DNA from: Tubulanus polymorphus
Taxonomy: Eukaryota > Animalia > Nemertea
Assembly: GCF_964204645.1 (NCBI RefSeq)
Contig: NC_134027.1
Coordinates: forward strand, 10,634,485-10,698,484
Reading direction: 5' to 3'
DNA: 64,000 nt
How positions within the stretch are numbered: position 1 is the stretch's first letter; each line of letters starts with the position of its first letter. Under the pieces are notes generated by a model, which made no database searches, had not been told where the DNA came from, and saw nothing but the letters and a program-made list of their open reading frames with translations. Below, piece after piece: positions 48,280 through 60,260 of this stretch. The translations under genes and the position numbers were made by a program.

Positions 48280-51200
48280 TTACACCACATCTGAACCATC
48301 GGTTAGATTACCAGTATAAGTATTATAGTTTCGGCCATTGAGTCGACCACTTGTTACGTACAGGTCATTTTCAATGACTACGCGATTTCCGTTCGACAGT
48401 AAATCATCATCTGGAGGTCCGTATTTTGAATCGAAAGCTTCATTAGATAGTCCGCTTTCCGGTTTTCTAAACGACGAATCTCTGTTATCTGTTTGCTTCG
48501 CTATTTCCATCAGGTCGTCGTCATTCAATTCGTAATACGGACTTTCCGCCTCTTCGTCAAATGAATCGAGTTCCAATTGCCGGTCAAAATTGCCAAAATC
48601 TGTGTCGTTCAACGTGCATTCTACAAAATGTTTTATTGCATGTTTATCGAATTTGAATGAAATGAGGAAATTCGTTAACGGGTTTTCGACAGTAGAAATG
48701 ATTTAAACACAAATACGGCGGAGGTATAAACATTTGAATCCGGATATCCTAAAACAATGCTGTAGTTGTTATCTTGCAGATACGAATTGTTGTGATGCGT
48801 TTAGAAACACAATAAATCTTCTCAATCGATACTTGATTGAAAAAGTATATTTTTGATCTAAAGAAATTTCCCTCACCAGGCGCTAGTTTTGGTAATTTAT
48901 TTTTGTCCCGTTTCTTTTTCTTGTCGACTTGTGCATACATCGGTTGTGCTGAAAGTTAGAATACATTTCGGTTTGATCATTCAGTACGTTTTCTGTGATT
49001 TGTTTTTCGTTTGCAATATTAATCGGCTTTCATACCTGGCTCTGCTGATAATGTGACGTACGTTTGTATAATATCCGGGTCTCCAGAAATCGCGTATGGA
49101 TCTTCATCCGCTATAAAACATGAACAAAATCGAATAAAACGAAACGTACACCGAGCATATATACACACGTAGGTTCATGTGAAATTCTCGATAGGAAAAT
49201 TGACAACCAACCTTCCTTGATGGCTTCGGTCCAAGCATCCTGAATCTGCGAGCCGTTATTTTTCGTCGGGGTTTCAGCACGACGAGCTGATTTTCCAGAC
49301 TTTTTGCGGTCAGCATCGATACTACCTAAATATTTAACATGCACAATGTACAACATCTACAAATTTTTATCTCTGTAGATTGACTATAATGAATCCAGGG
49401 CCGCCCCTAGTAGATAAGACCGATTCATTGAAATGAATCAAACGCCTGCATCACGATGCACCCCGTGTGACGTGCGAAACAGAAATATAAGCCCCACTTA
49501 ATGTCTGAAAAAACTTACTGAACAAGTCTTTAATAAAAGGGAACGGAGGATTGATTTTTGGTAATACGTAACTTTTATACCGATTCAAATCAATTCAATT
49601 AAAAATATTATTGTTCCGTATATGGTACAATATATGTTTACCGTTTCTTTGATTCAAGTATCGATCCAATTGTATGTCATCTGGGTCATATCGCTGTGAG
49701 CGGTGTCTAAAACGAAAGAAATATTCATTTGCTTTTTAGAAGGAAAAAATAATCATCGAAGTTCTCAGCGTCAGAATATGATTGATTGTGTTTGAGGATT
49801 TGACTTGATTTAAGAAAGTTTCTCAAACGCACTTCTTTCCTCCACACGTTAGCAATCCTGAAATGAAAAAGGAAACGATTTTGTGTCGTGTACGGAATAA
49901 AAAATTGTTATCGAAGCTTTTGGCAGTTAGTATTCACAAGAAGTTCTGGTTTAGACTATTACACAAAAAATATCGAACTGCAGTTTTTTCGATTAATGCA
50001 GTTTGATTGATGTAAAAGACATTCAGACATTCGTACCTCGACTTCGTATGAGTAAAGTCACGCCTATAATGATAAAGGAAATCACAAACGCAGCCACGAT
50101 CCCGACAATAAACGACAGTTTGTCTACAAACGGAAAGAAAGTGTTGCCACTGTCAAAAAAAAACTTCTCATAACACACGCGCTGAAATAATCTTAGTGAC
50201 ACCATGATCGAGTAAATCGGTTATATATAACATTATACAAATACGGTTTGTTCGTGAGGTTTATTTGTAAGAATAGTCCGATATTTCATAGATGAACGGA
50301 CATTGGAAAAATTCTATTATCAATCTACACCCACCTAATGTTTGTGATGGAGTCGGAACGGTGGAACTTGGATTTACAGCCGTGGAACTGATGGAAGCAG
50401 CAGCGGTAGTTGATGACACCGATGATAGACCAGTGACGGTTATTGGTGGCTTCGCTGCCGATGACGATGTCGTCTGTAATTCTGAATGAGATACCGTAGA
50501 TGTATCACTTGTATCAGGCATAGAAGAAGTCACGCTTTTTGAAGGACTCTGTGTTGTTGTGTGGTGTGGTTGGAAGGTTGTAGATGGAATTGTTGAAACT
50601 GAAAAACCGACGACACCATGTCAAAGGTCTATTCATCGCAGAAAGCGCAATTTGTACTAACATTCTTCATATTTTCCAAGACTAACATTGTAAATTTTTT
50701 TTTCAAATAATTCAATTATCGCATATATATATATTTTCAAATCTGACGCGCGCTTTATTTACTTACCTGTTGTTATATTGACAGATTGTATCAAATTAAC
50801 TAAAATGTCGTAAAAGACTATACATTCTAGAATCGGATAGACCTTCTTAACAAAATGTCTTAACCATACCATAGAGTTACTCAAAAAGTAACTCTACACA
50901 TTGCACTTTAATGCCGTATATCGGACTTGGACCAAAATGATTACAATACAACGCATTAAGCGGGAAATTTAAGACCTTGATATCCTGGACCCGCTTTCAT
51001 AAATTGATATTAAATTTAACCCGGGCTAACTCAATTCATTTTCAATTGAGTTAACCCCCTAAGGTTGAGTTGATGCCAGTCTATAAATCCGGCACTGAAT
51101 AGTATAACCATGGACGTATAAACTAGATCTAGTTTATACGTCCATGGTATAACTGACGCAAACCAATTTTGCACTTGTACAAGTATTGATTTACGTAAAC

Positions 51201-52103
51201 TAAGCTGCATGTAAAGAGTATACTGCGCTGTAATGAACATGAAGATGATAAAGACAACACCAAAATTTATACAAGGTAACAGAATATGAAAAAAATATGA
51301 TTTTTATATGTGCGTAAACGTCCGAGAAAGCCTCCCTCCTGACCCATGAGTAAAACAAATCGTCAATACCGATATAAGCAGTTGATGACACTGATGATGG
51401 ATCACTAGTGGTAGTTATTGAAGGCTCTGTCGGCTGTATTTCTGTAGATGGTTCACTCGTTACAGGAATTGAAGAAGGCATAGAAGAAGTCACGCTGTTT
51501 GAAGGTCTCCGAGTTGATGTTTCTGTGTGGTATAGTTGGAAGGTTGTAGATCGAATTGTTGAAAATGAAAGGAAAAAAAAAACGACGAAACCACAAGTAT
51601 CAATTTACGTAAACTTAGCCCTATGTAAAGAGTAGATTTAAACGATACGGTAGATAAAACACATGAAATTGATAGAAACAATACCAAAAATTACCGAAAA
51701 GAAATTCATAATAACGAAATATTTGTGAATATCTGAGAAAGCCTCCCCCTGACCCCGGATGCATTGGTTGTATTTTCCTGGTTTGTGATTTTCACTATAT
51801 CACAATGGATGATGAAATTGATAAGCTTAAAAGAAACACATCTTAATTACAATGCTCCAAGAAAGTTACGTAAATGACGTTCTGGGCATAACAAAAATAC
51901 CCCATGGTTTCCACGGGTATCTTACTAGTAAATGGTAATTTGTTTGAAGAATTACCTGTAGGTAATGGTTTTTTGTGAGTTAAACCTTTCTAGATTTAAA
52001 AACCCTATTCTATCGGGCGTTAGTTCTACTTGCCTTTACTCACTGTCCAGGCGTAGCAATGGACTAATACAAGCAGAACGCAAGTCCAAAATTCTGACCT
52101 CAT
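48280..52103 (-). CDS. Mucin-stalk type I membrane protein with tyrosine-motif cytoplasmic tail (~381 aa), apparently intact copy
   Basis: Phase-consistent model: 52034-52103 (signal peptide, GC donor), 50767-50799, 50335-50598 (S/T/P-rich), 50037-50123 (TM: LSFIVGIVAAFVISFIIIGVTLLI), 49833-49857, 49642-49706, 49212-49325, 49036-49110, 48877-48948, 48280-48620; total 1146 nt. Small exons are less certain. Confidence 0.75.
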
Positions 52104-53789
52104 TTTCTTCGTAGGTTTTCGCGAAAAATGCCTTTTTAGACGCTGTTTATAACCTTACGATCTAATCCCGATGAGAACGCACTAGCTACACAAGAACGCG
52201 ACAAAAATTCTACGAGCCCTCCGTAACCTTAGTCGTGATGGATCTTATATCGACGTTTTAATCCTACAATGTCCCGTCCAGCGCACGTTCGATTTAACCA
52301 TTTGTTTTTATTTTCATTCGATTAACGGGAAAACAATTATTTTGAAAAAGACCATTCGATGAATTCCGTACTTTGACTGTCATATTCTCAAAAGCTATAC
52401 ATTTAATGTATGCTAAAATAAAATCGTGATTAGCGGCAATCTGGTTTCATGACCAGGTTTCATATTTACCAAATAGGGAAGTTCCCTAAGTCGATAAATA
52501 TACTGAAACCAGGAACAAGATCTCGTCCTGCAAAACGTTGATGCGCGTACGCAGAAGCTCTTCTAGTTCTTTTACGAGAACAGTAGTTCACTTCAAATGG
52601 GTTTGATTTATTTTGAAAAACATTCATTTTTTCGCGTGCATAAAAACGCACGTACGTTGGAGACATAATTTCTAGCAACATTGAATTTGAATAATTCTGC
52701 AACATGCAGAAAACCGATTCATTATGTGGACCGTTGCAGCCGAAATGACCAGTCAGGTTCAGTGGAAATGGAAGCGGGAATTCAAATTCACTCGTGCTGC
52801 AGCCAACTCATCTGCATCAGAAGGTGAAAAGGAAATGATTGATATCTAGTATCTAATTCTCCGATTTAAGCATGTATGATGACACTACGTATAATGTAAG
52901 CCTACCATTGACTTCATTTTAGCGTCCCTGGTATGTTTTATTATATAAGACTTATTTATGTTAAAATTTTTCCCACTGACACTGATTAATGACGAAGCTG
53001 TACCGCCTAAGCTATTCATTTCAAACGAATCTCGACATAAATCGGTCTGAGTTAGACAATCAGCTACAATTTCACAATCGGACGGAGATATTCAACCGGA
53101 GACCGACTTGTGGAATTCGACTTGACCGTATTCTTTGCGTTATCGTACGGACCGGGTCTTCGGAAATGTGCTTAAAAAGCCGAATCAAACGTATTCGACT
53201 TACGTATGCGTACTCTTCTGCAATACACGTATCATTTTTACGTAAAAGCTCATTATCTTAATTGAAAAGACATCACACACTAGAAATAACCTATCACAAA
53301 CCGCAATTGTGAACGTATTGAACAGTAGTTGGCTCGTTATCCCTAACTAACAAATATTCCCAAAATATAGAATATAAAGTCTAGATAAATTTCATGATAT
53401 TCGAAATCCCGTTCAAAGTTAAAACGGCATAAGAAGAACAGTTGTGAAAAGTAACGCCATCTACATCAAGTCGTATGTGTATGACATGTGTATTTTTAAG
53501 CGGTGTTTAGATGAAAATGTGTTGAATCTTTGGATTTACATCTTAAGCTAAATATTCCCAATAATCAAACCTTATGTTATGAAATAGCGTGTCTTATTTG
53601 TATACGTACGATAAAAACGGTTTTATAATTTCCGTGTATTTCATTGACAAAGAAAAAGAAATGCTGAAATGAAGATCTAAGCTTATGTTAGTATTTCAAT
53701 TTTTCATGATTTCATTTCCCAACTCATGATGTAATTTTTCCAAGTGAATATCATCAAAAGACGGTCTGAACCTGTTTTCCTTTTCTCCA

Positions 53790-53945
53790 TATCTTTCAGG
53801 GTTCATCCCCTCTCTGACTACAGCCTTGTTTGGCTTTGGATGAATCCTTGACATATTTTTGTACATTAATGACTGATTTATATTTGTGTATTTGTATTCT
53901 CCTCTGTACTGTTCTTTTGTGTCTAAATAAACTTCAATTCAATTA
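53790..53945 (+). mobile_element. Possible 3' end of a non-LTR retrotransposon
   Basis: Stem-loop-like GGGTTCATCC...GGATGAATCC followed by AATAAA and a short TTCAATTCAATT tail. Confidence 0.35.
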
Positions 53946-54062
53946 TATAGGCACATTGCAAACATCGACCAATCTTCGAATGACATGCCACTTTGGTGGT
54001 GTATCCAAAACTTAATTGGCCATTAATCCTTATTGTTTTTACGAAGGTTCGTTTATGCACTC

Positions 54063-54525
54063 ATTTCGTTTCTTCGCGGTGTAGAAATTAAGTTCGTTTT
54101 TATCACCGCGCAGAAACGCGCCCAAAACGGACGCAAAAACGAAGGTTCTTTTCTGCGCTCGTTTCGGTGCGTTTCTGTACGGTAGATTTCATTTCTTCGT
54201 GGCAAAGAAACGGATGCAGAAACAAAGTTCATTTTGGTGGGGTGGAGGAACGAGAAATCACCGCGCAGAAACGCACCAAAACGGCCGCAGAAACGGGTGC
54301 AAAAACGAAGGTTCGTTTCTGCGCTCGTTTCGGCGCGTTTCTGCGTGGTAAAAAAATACGTTTCTTCGCGGCGAAGAAACGAACTTCGTTTTTGCTTGAC
54401 GCCGAAACGAGACCGCGAAGAAACACGCAGAAACGGACACAGAAACGAAGCAATATATTTTTGCGCGGCACATTGCACGGATTTTTTTTTTACTCGGCCC
54501 GAATCAGCCATGCATCAGCCACCAC
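54063..54525 (-). mobile_element. Satellite-bearing interspersed element, copy 2 (inverted, diverged)
   Basis: Reverse complement of the leader and repeat seen at 29118 and 63409. Confidence 0.85.
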
Positions 54526-55480
54526 ACGTTTCGGATCGTAACGGAATGATTTTGTAGATATATGTACTGAATAAAAGTTAGAACTGTTACGATTCAGTTC
54601 AATTAGAATTGCTTTTGGCGGTTTAGGTTTATAATTAACGAATCAGCAGATACATGTAGGTGAAATAGTACAGATAATACATGCATTCAATATACAGAGA
54701 ACTGATGAAATACAATGAGGTATTAGATGGTTGAGCTGCGGTACGCGGTAGAGGTTTGTTAAATGAGACAATATGATTTGACGCTATGTACAAAGAAGGC
54801 AGACCCAAAGACAGAGGGGTTTAAGGTGACATGAGCATGATATCTATTTTGTTGAACTAGGTCGGTTACAGAATCGATTTTCCTATATTCTGTCGTTTAT
54901 TCACTTATCTTAACAGATATATCCTGGTTACTACTCATTCTGGAGCCGCTTTAATATACTGGTATCAACACTAACCCGGGGGTTAACTCTATCAAAAATG
55001 AATTGAGTTTGCCCCGGGCAAAAGTTGATACCAGTCTATAAAGCCGGCCCCTGTGTGGGTTACTGGAGCATCTTGTCAACGACTTGTATCACAGTTAAGA
55101 TTCGTGAAGGTGTGAGGTCCTGGCACTTAAGAATACTCCCTTCTGAAATGAATTATTTTATGCTCTGACGCGTAGTAGAAGTTTTATGTACAATATGTAA
55201 CGTACCATCCTATGAAATCTCGGAGAGAACACGCGCGGTGAAAGTCTCTTCCCCTCCTATTTCCGCTATGGAATTTATATCAATATCTTTCTGGTGAGTC
55301 TGAATTATCACGTGGGTTATTCTGAGTATTTTGATAAATGGGAATGTCAATTATCAATGTAGAAAACCCGTTATTGTTGTTGAACAGCTATACGTTCTTC
55401 CTTCCAATGTATATATGCGTTTCCGATCGTTACGGAACATTTTGCAGCTATGCACCGGTTGATTGTCGTAAGTGATGAGT

Positions 55481-58400
55481 TTACACCACATCTCTTTACG
55501 GTCAAATTATCAGTACAAGTATTCTATAGTTTCGGTCAGAGTTGACCAATTGTTGCATATAGATCATTTTCAATGACCACACGATTTCTGCTCGACAGTA
55601 AATCATCATCTGAAGGTTCGTCTTTTGAATCGAAAGCTTCATTGATTAGTCCACTATCTGGGTTTCTAACCGCTGAATCTCTTGTTTTCTGTTTGCCTTG
55701 CTATTTCCATCAGGTCATCATCATTCAATTCGTAATACGGACTTTCCGACTCTTCGTCCGAAGGATCGAGTTCCAACTGGTAGTGGGCATAGTGGTCGAA
55801 ATCTGTGTCGTTAAGCGTGCTTTCTACAAAATGTTTATCACATGTTTATCGAATTTGAATGAAATGAGGAAATTCGTAAATTGGCTTTCGAAAGCAGGAA
55901 TCTTTTAAACACAAACGCGGCGGGAGATATATATCGAAATATCGAAACTTTAAATTTTAATCCGGATATTCCACAAAAGTGCTGTAGCTGTATTAAAATT
56001 ACGAATTGTTGTGATGCGTTCGGAAATACAATTAATCTTCTCAATCGATGCTTGATTGAAAAAGTATATCTTTGATTGAAAGAAATTTCCCTCACCAGGC
56101 ACTAGTTTTGGTAATCTATTTTTGTCCAATTTCTTTGTCTTGTCGACTTGTGCATAAATCGGTTCTGCTGAAAGTTGAAATAAATCTCGGTAAGATAGTT
56201 AGATTCGAAAAACCTCTTAGGATAATCATTCTGCACGTTATCTGTGTCAGTTTGCAATATAAATTGTTACATAGTTAGTAGTCTATCGAATTTAAAAATT
56301 TCGGATTTTCGACGGCAGAAATGTTCTAAATACAACAAGAGCTGTATATATTTCAATCCGGATTATTCCACAAAACTGCTGTAGCTGTAAAACATCTTAT
56401 ACGTCTCACTTTCTGAGATTAGTCATCCAAATGATACTTTTGTATACATATTACAACCTAATATCGGCTTGATGGGAAAAAGGTCACTAATTAGCCTCAA
56501 ATTAAAGGTTTATTTAGTCACTCAAAAATGCTACATTTTACGGCCGCATCCTGTTTATGACGTCACTTCACCTACGCGGTGGCGTGGTCACGTGCTGAGT
56601 GACAATGAAAACCTTGAAGTGAACAATGTCACCTCACAGGCGACTGGTCTACTGACCTTATTTTCTGCTAAATGGCGAACTAGCTCAAGTTAAAATGTAT
56701 TTCACTATGAATAACCCAGTGTTTGTTTCGCCATTGTATCGTTTCACGCTGTTTTGAAAGACAATAAATCGTCCCAAGCAATACTTGATTGACACTTTAT
56801 TGAAAAAAGTATTTTTTGATTGAAAGAAATTTGCCTCACCAGGCACTAGATTTGGTAATCAATTTTTGTTCCCTTTCTTTTTCACGTCCACTTGTGCATA
56901 AATCGGCGGTTCTGAAACTTGAAACGCATCTTGAAACGGTAAAATATTTAGATTCGAAAAACTTTTCAACATCATCATTTGTAGGTTATCTGTGTTACAT
57001 TGCAATATAAATCGGCTGCCATACGCACCTGGCTCTGCTGATGATGTGACGTACGTATGCATCAGATCCGGGTCTCCAGAAATCGCGTATAGATCTTCAT
57101 CCTCTGTAAAACATGAACCGAATATAATAAAACGTCGAAACGTATAATGAGGACGTATACACACGTAGGTCGATGCAGTTTTCTCGATAGGAAAATCGAC
57201 AACCAACCATCGTCGATGGCTTCAGCCGAAGCATCGCGCGAGCCGTTAGTTTTCGTCGGCGTTTCAGAAAGACGGGCCGATTTCCGAGACTTACTGCCGT
57301 CACCATCGATACCATCTAAAAGATTTAACATGTGCAATGTACGATTCCTGCTGACCCGGATGTTTAGACTTGGCATAACTTTATCCCAGGAGATTACTAG
57401 ATGTTGAATTGAGTTAACTGCCAGTAGATACAACTGGTTTATGGGAATTATTCAAACGCCTGCATCCTCGATGCACCTCTGTATCGCCCTGTGATGCCAT
57501 ATATACCTCTCAAGATAAGCACAATGACAAAATATCGAGCAGCGTGTGACCTGCGAAACAGAAATTAAAAATATCAAGCCCCGCTTTATGTCGGAAAACT
57601 TTCTGAACACGTTTTTCATAAAGTCAATTGAGCAATGATTTATAGTAGAATATCATAACAATTGAAGTCAATTAAAGAAAATTTTATTCCGTATATGGTA
57701 CTATATATACATTTTTACCGCTTCTTCGATGCAAGTAGGAATTCAACTGTATGTCATTTGGGTCATATCGTTGTGATTTGTGTCTAAAACGAAAAAATTC
57801 AACAGGTTTAACAAATTTATCAAAGTTGTCAGCGCATATCTAAAGTGGAGCCCAATATGATTGAGGTTAAGGATTTGATTTTAAGGAAATCCTCTCACAC
57901 GTTATACTTCTTTTGTCTGCATATCAGCAATCCTGAAATGAAAAGATTAATTTTCTATTATTACTATTGCAAAGAGTTTTTGGTGACAGATTTTGTTTCG
58001 TGCATGGAATATAAAAAGTTATCGAAGCTTTTGACAATTATTATCCACAACGAGGTTTTCATTATGCTATTACCCAAACAATATCAAACTGCGACCTTTT
58101 CGCTTATTGCAGTTTGATTGATGTAAACGGCATTAAGAAAATCGTACCTAGCTTTCGGATAAATATAACCACCCCTATGATGATTAAGATAATCGCAAGC
58201 CTAGTCAAGATCCCGGCAAAAAACGACATTTTGTCTAAAAATGGATAAAAATGTTGCGACTGACAAAAAACCCTCTTTAAAACAGAGTTGTCGTGTGAGA
58301 TCACGAACTGACCGAGTGAATCGGTTATAAATAACAATAAACAAACATGAGATTGGTTCATAAGGTTTGTTTGTAAAAATATTCCGACATTTCATAGATG

Positions 58401-59576
58401 AACGGACATTTGAAAAATTCAATCAACAATCTATACCCACCTAATGTTTGTGAAGGAGGTGGAACGGTGGAACGTGGTTTTACAGCCGTGGAACCGATGG
58501 AAGCAGTAGCGGTAGTTGGTGCAGCAACAGTTGTTGACGACTTCCTTGACGACCTTGTCGTTGACGGTGCCCCTTCTCTGAATTTGATAATGTAGATATA
58601 TCACTAGTAGCTGTCTTTTCTGTATTAGATACTGTAGATATACCACTTGTAGGTGTCTCTTCTGAATTGGATACTGTAGGTATATCACTTGTAGATGTCT
58701 TTTCTGTATGAGATACTGCAGATATACTGTGGTGTGATTGGATGGTTGCAGATGGAATCGTTGAAACTGAAAAAAACCGACGAAACCATATGAAAGGTCT
58801 ATTCATCGCAAAAGACGTCATTGGGACTTGTATAAAAAGTACTAATATTCTTCTTTTTTTTCCAAGACAAACATTATCAATTATTCAAATCATTCAATTA
58901 AATCGCCTTATTTTTTAAAATCCGACGTGAATTTTATTTACTGATCTGTTGTTAGATTGACAGATGTATTGTATCAAATTAACTAAGCGGATATTGTCGT
59001 AAAAGACTTTACATTCTAGAACCGTTTATCTTTCGGATAAACCTTCTTAACAAATTTCTTATCCGTTACTTTGTTGATACCCTCCCATCGATGGTGTGGC
59101 ATCGGGACGAGGAAAATTTTCATTGAATAGGTTTGCCCAACATTGCACTTATGGGCAACTTGGCGGATTAGTCTCCCAGATATAGTGCTTTTTGGGCAAC
59201 TTGGCAGGTTGTTCTCACAGATAGTCACAGTGCTACCTGCCAGTGGTGACAAAAACGCCGACTGATGGAAGTATATATCTTTAATTTTTCTTTCAATTTC
59301 TTTCAATATCTTTATCCTGTGTGTACCTTTCTACTTTAGTATGACCTGATACAATGAATGAATAGAATAAATATCATTTGCATTATTGGTAAATTACATT
59401 TTGACAAAGGATTTTACGTTAAATCATTTTATACGGACAAACCTGTTATATGAAGCCGAATATATTATAAAGTAAGCGGTCTTCTGCCGAAAATTTTCTA
59501 AATTACCTTCAATCACTGTACAGGCGTAGCAATGGACTAACACAAGCAAAACACAATCCCAAAATCTTGACTTCAT
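55481..59576 (-). pseudogene. Second copy of the mucin-stalk receptor, pseudogenised
   Basis: Colinear exons and introns with 48280-52103. Lesions: lost donor and 5-nt insertion in the micro-exon (~58945-58982), +1 frameshift in the mucin exon (~58570), in-frame TGA in one YAQV exon (56859-56861), frameshift and early stop in the last exon (~55690). Confidence 0.8.
58575..58730 (-). repeat. 42-bp (14-aa) coding tandem repeat, ~4 units, in the mucin exon of copy 2
   Basis: SISAVSHTEKTSTS / DIPTVSNSEETPTS / GISTVSNTEKTATS / DISTLSNSEK. Confidence 0.8.
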
Positions 59577-59782
59577 TTTTTCTCGTATGTTTCCCGTAAA
59601 ATTCCTTACCGAGAAGAAAAGGATTTTGAAAAAGACATTCGATAACTCCCGTGTCTTCACTGTCGTATTCACAAAAGCTATACACTAAAGCCAGGCTCAA
59701 GGGGCCGACCCGATCAGCTCGTCGTAAGAACAGCGGTAGCGCACACGTCACCGCTGATTGCCGATTGGTTTGTCTCGCGGTC

Positions 59783-59971
59783 AGTAATAGGGATAATCGG
59801 CTTTCAGATCAAAGGTTGAACGGTCGAGCTCGTAAAAAAATGAAAATAACAATAATTTACAGTTGAATTAGTCGCGCACACTCCTAATTCAACTGTAAAT
59901 TATTGTTATTTTCATTTTTTACTCACTCGCCCCTTCAACCTTTAACCTGAAAGCCTATTATCCCTATTACT
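59783..59971. repeat. Imperfect ~88-bp-arm hairpin upstream of the pPolB gene
   Basis: Left arm 59783-59871 pairs with right arm 59884-59971; 12-nt loop TCGCGCACACTC; inner stem perfect, outer stem with scattered mismatches. Confidence 0.9.
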
Positions 59972-60260
59972 CTTAAAATATTCATATATATATATAAACA
60001 TAATTTACATGAATAACATATAAATTGATAGATTATTCAATATAAAAGTGTGAGTAAAGTGTTAGTAAAAAAGTAACGAGTAATTAACGAGCTCTTATAG
60101 AATAGATATATAGATATATTTACAACATTATTTCAATATTCATATTTGTATGAGTTAGATTTTTAAACATTAAAAGTGTTAGTAAAGTGTGATTGAAATA
60201 ATACATGATATAAATCATTGAACTTCTAAAATCAATTTTAATAAAAAATTTGATATTGAA

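Noticed and set aside
59700-59785. Possible hammerhead or HDV-like ribozyme
   Set aside because: No CUGANGA...GAAA core or HDV nested pseudoknot could be identified by eye.
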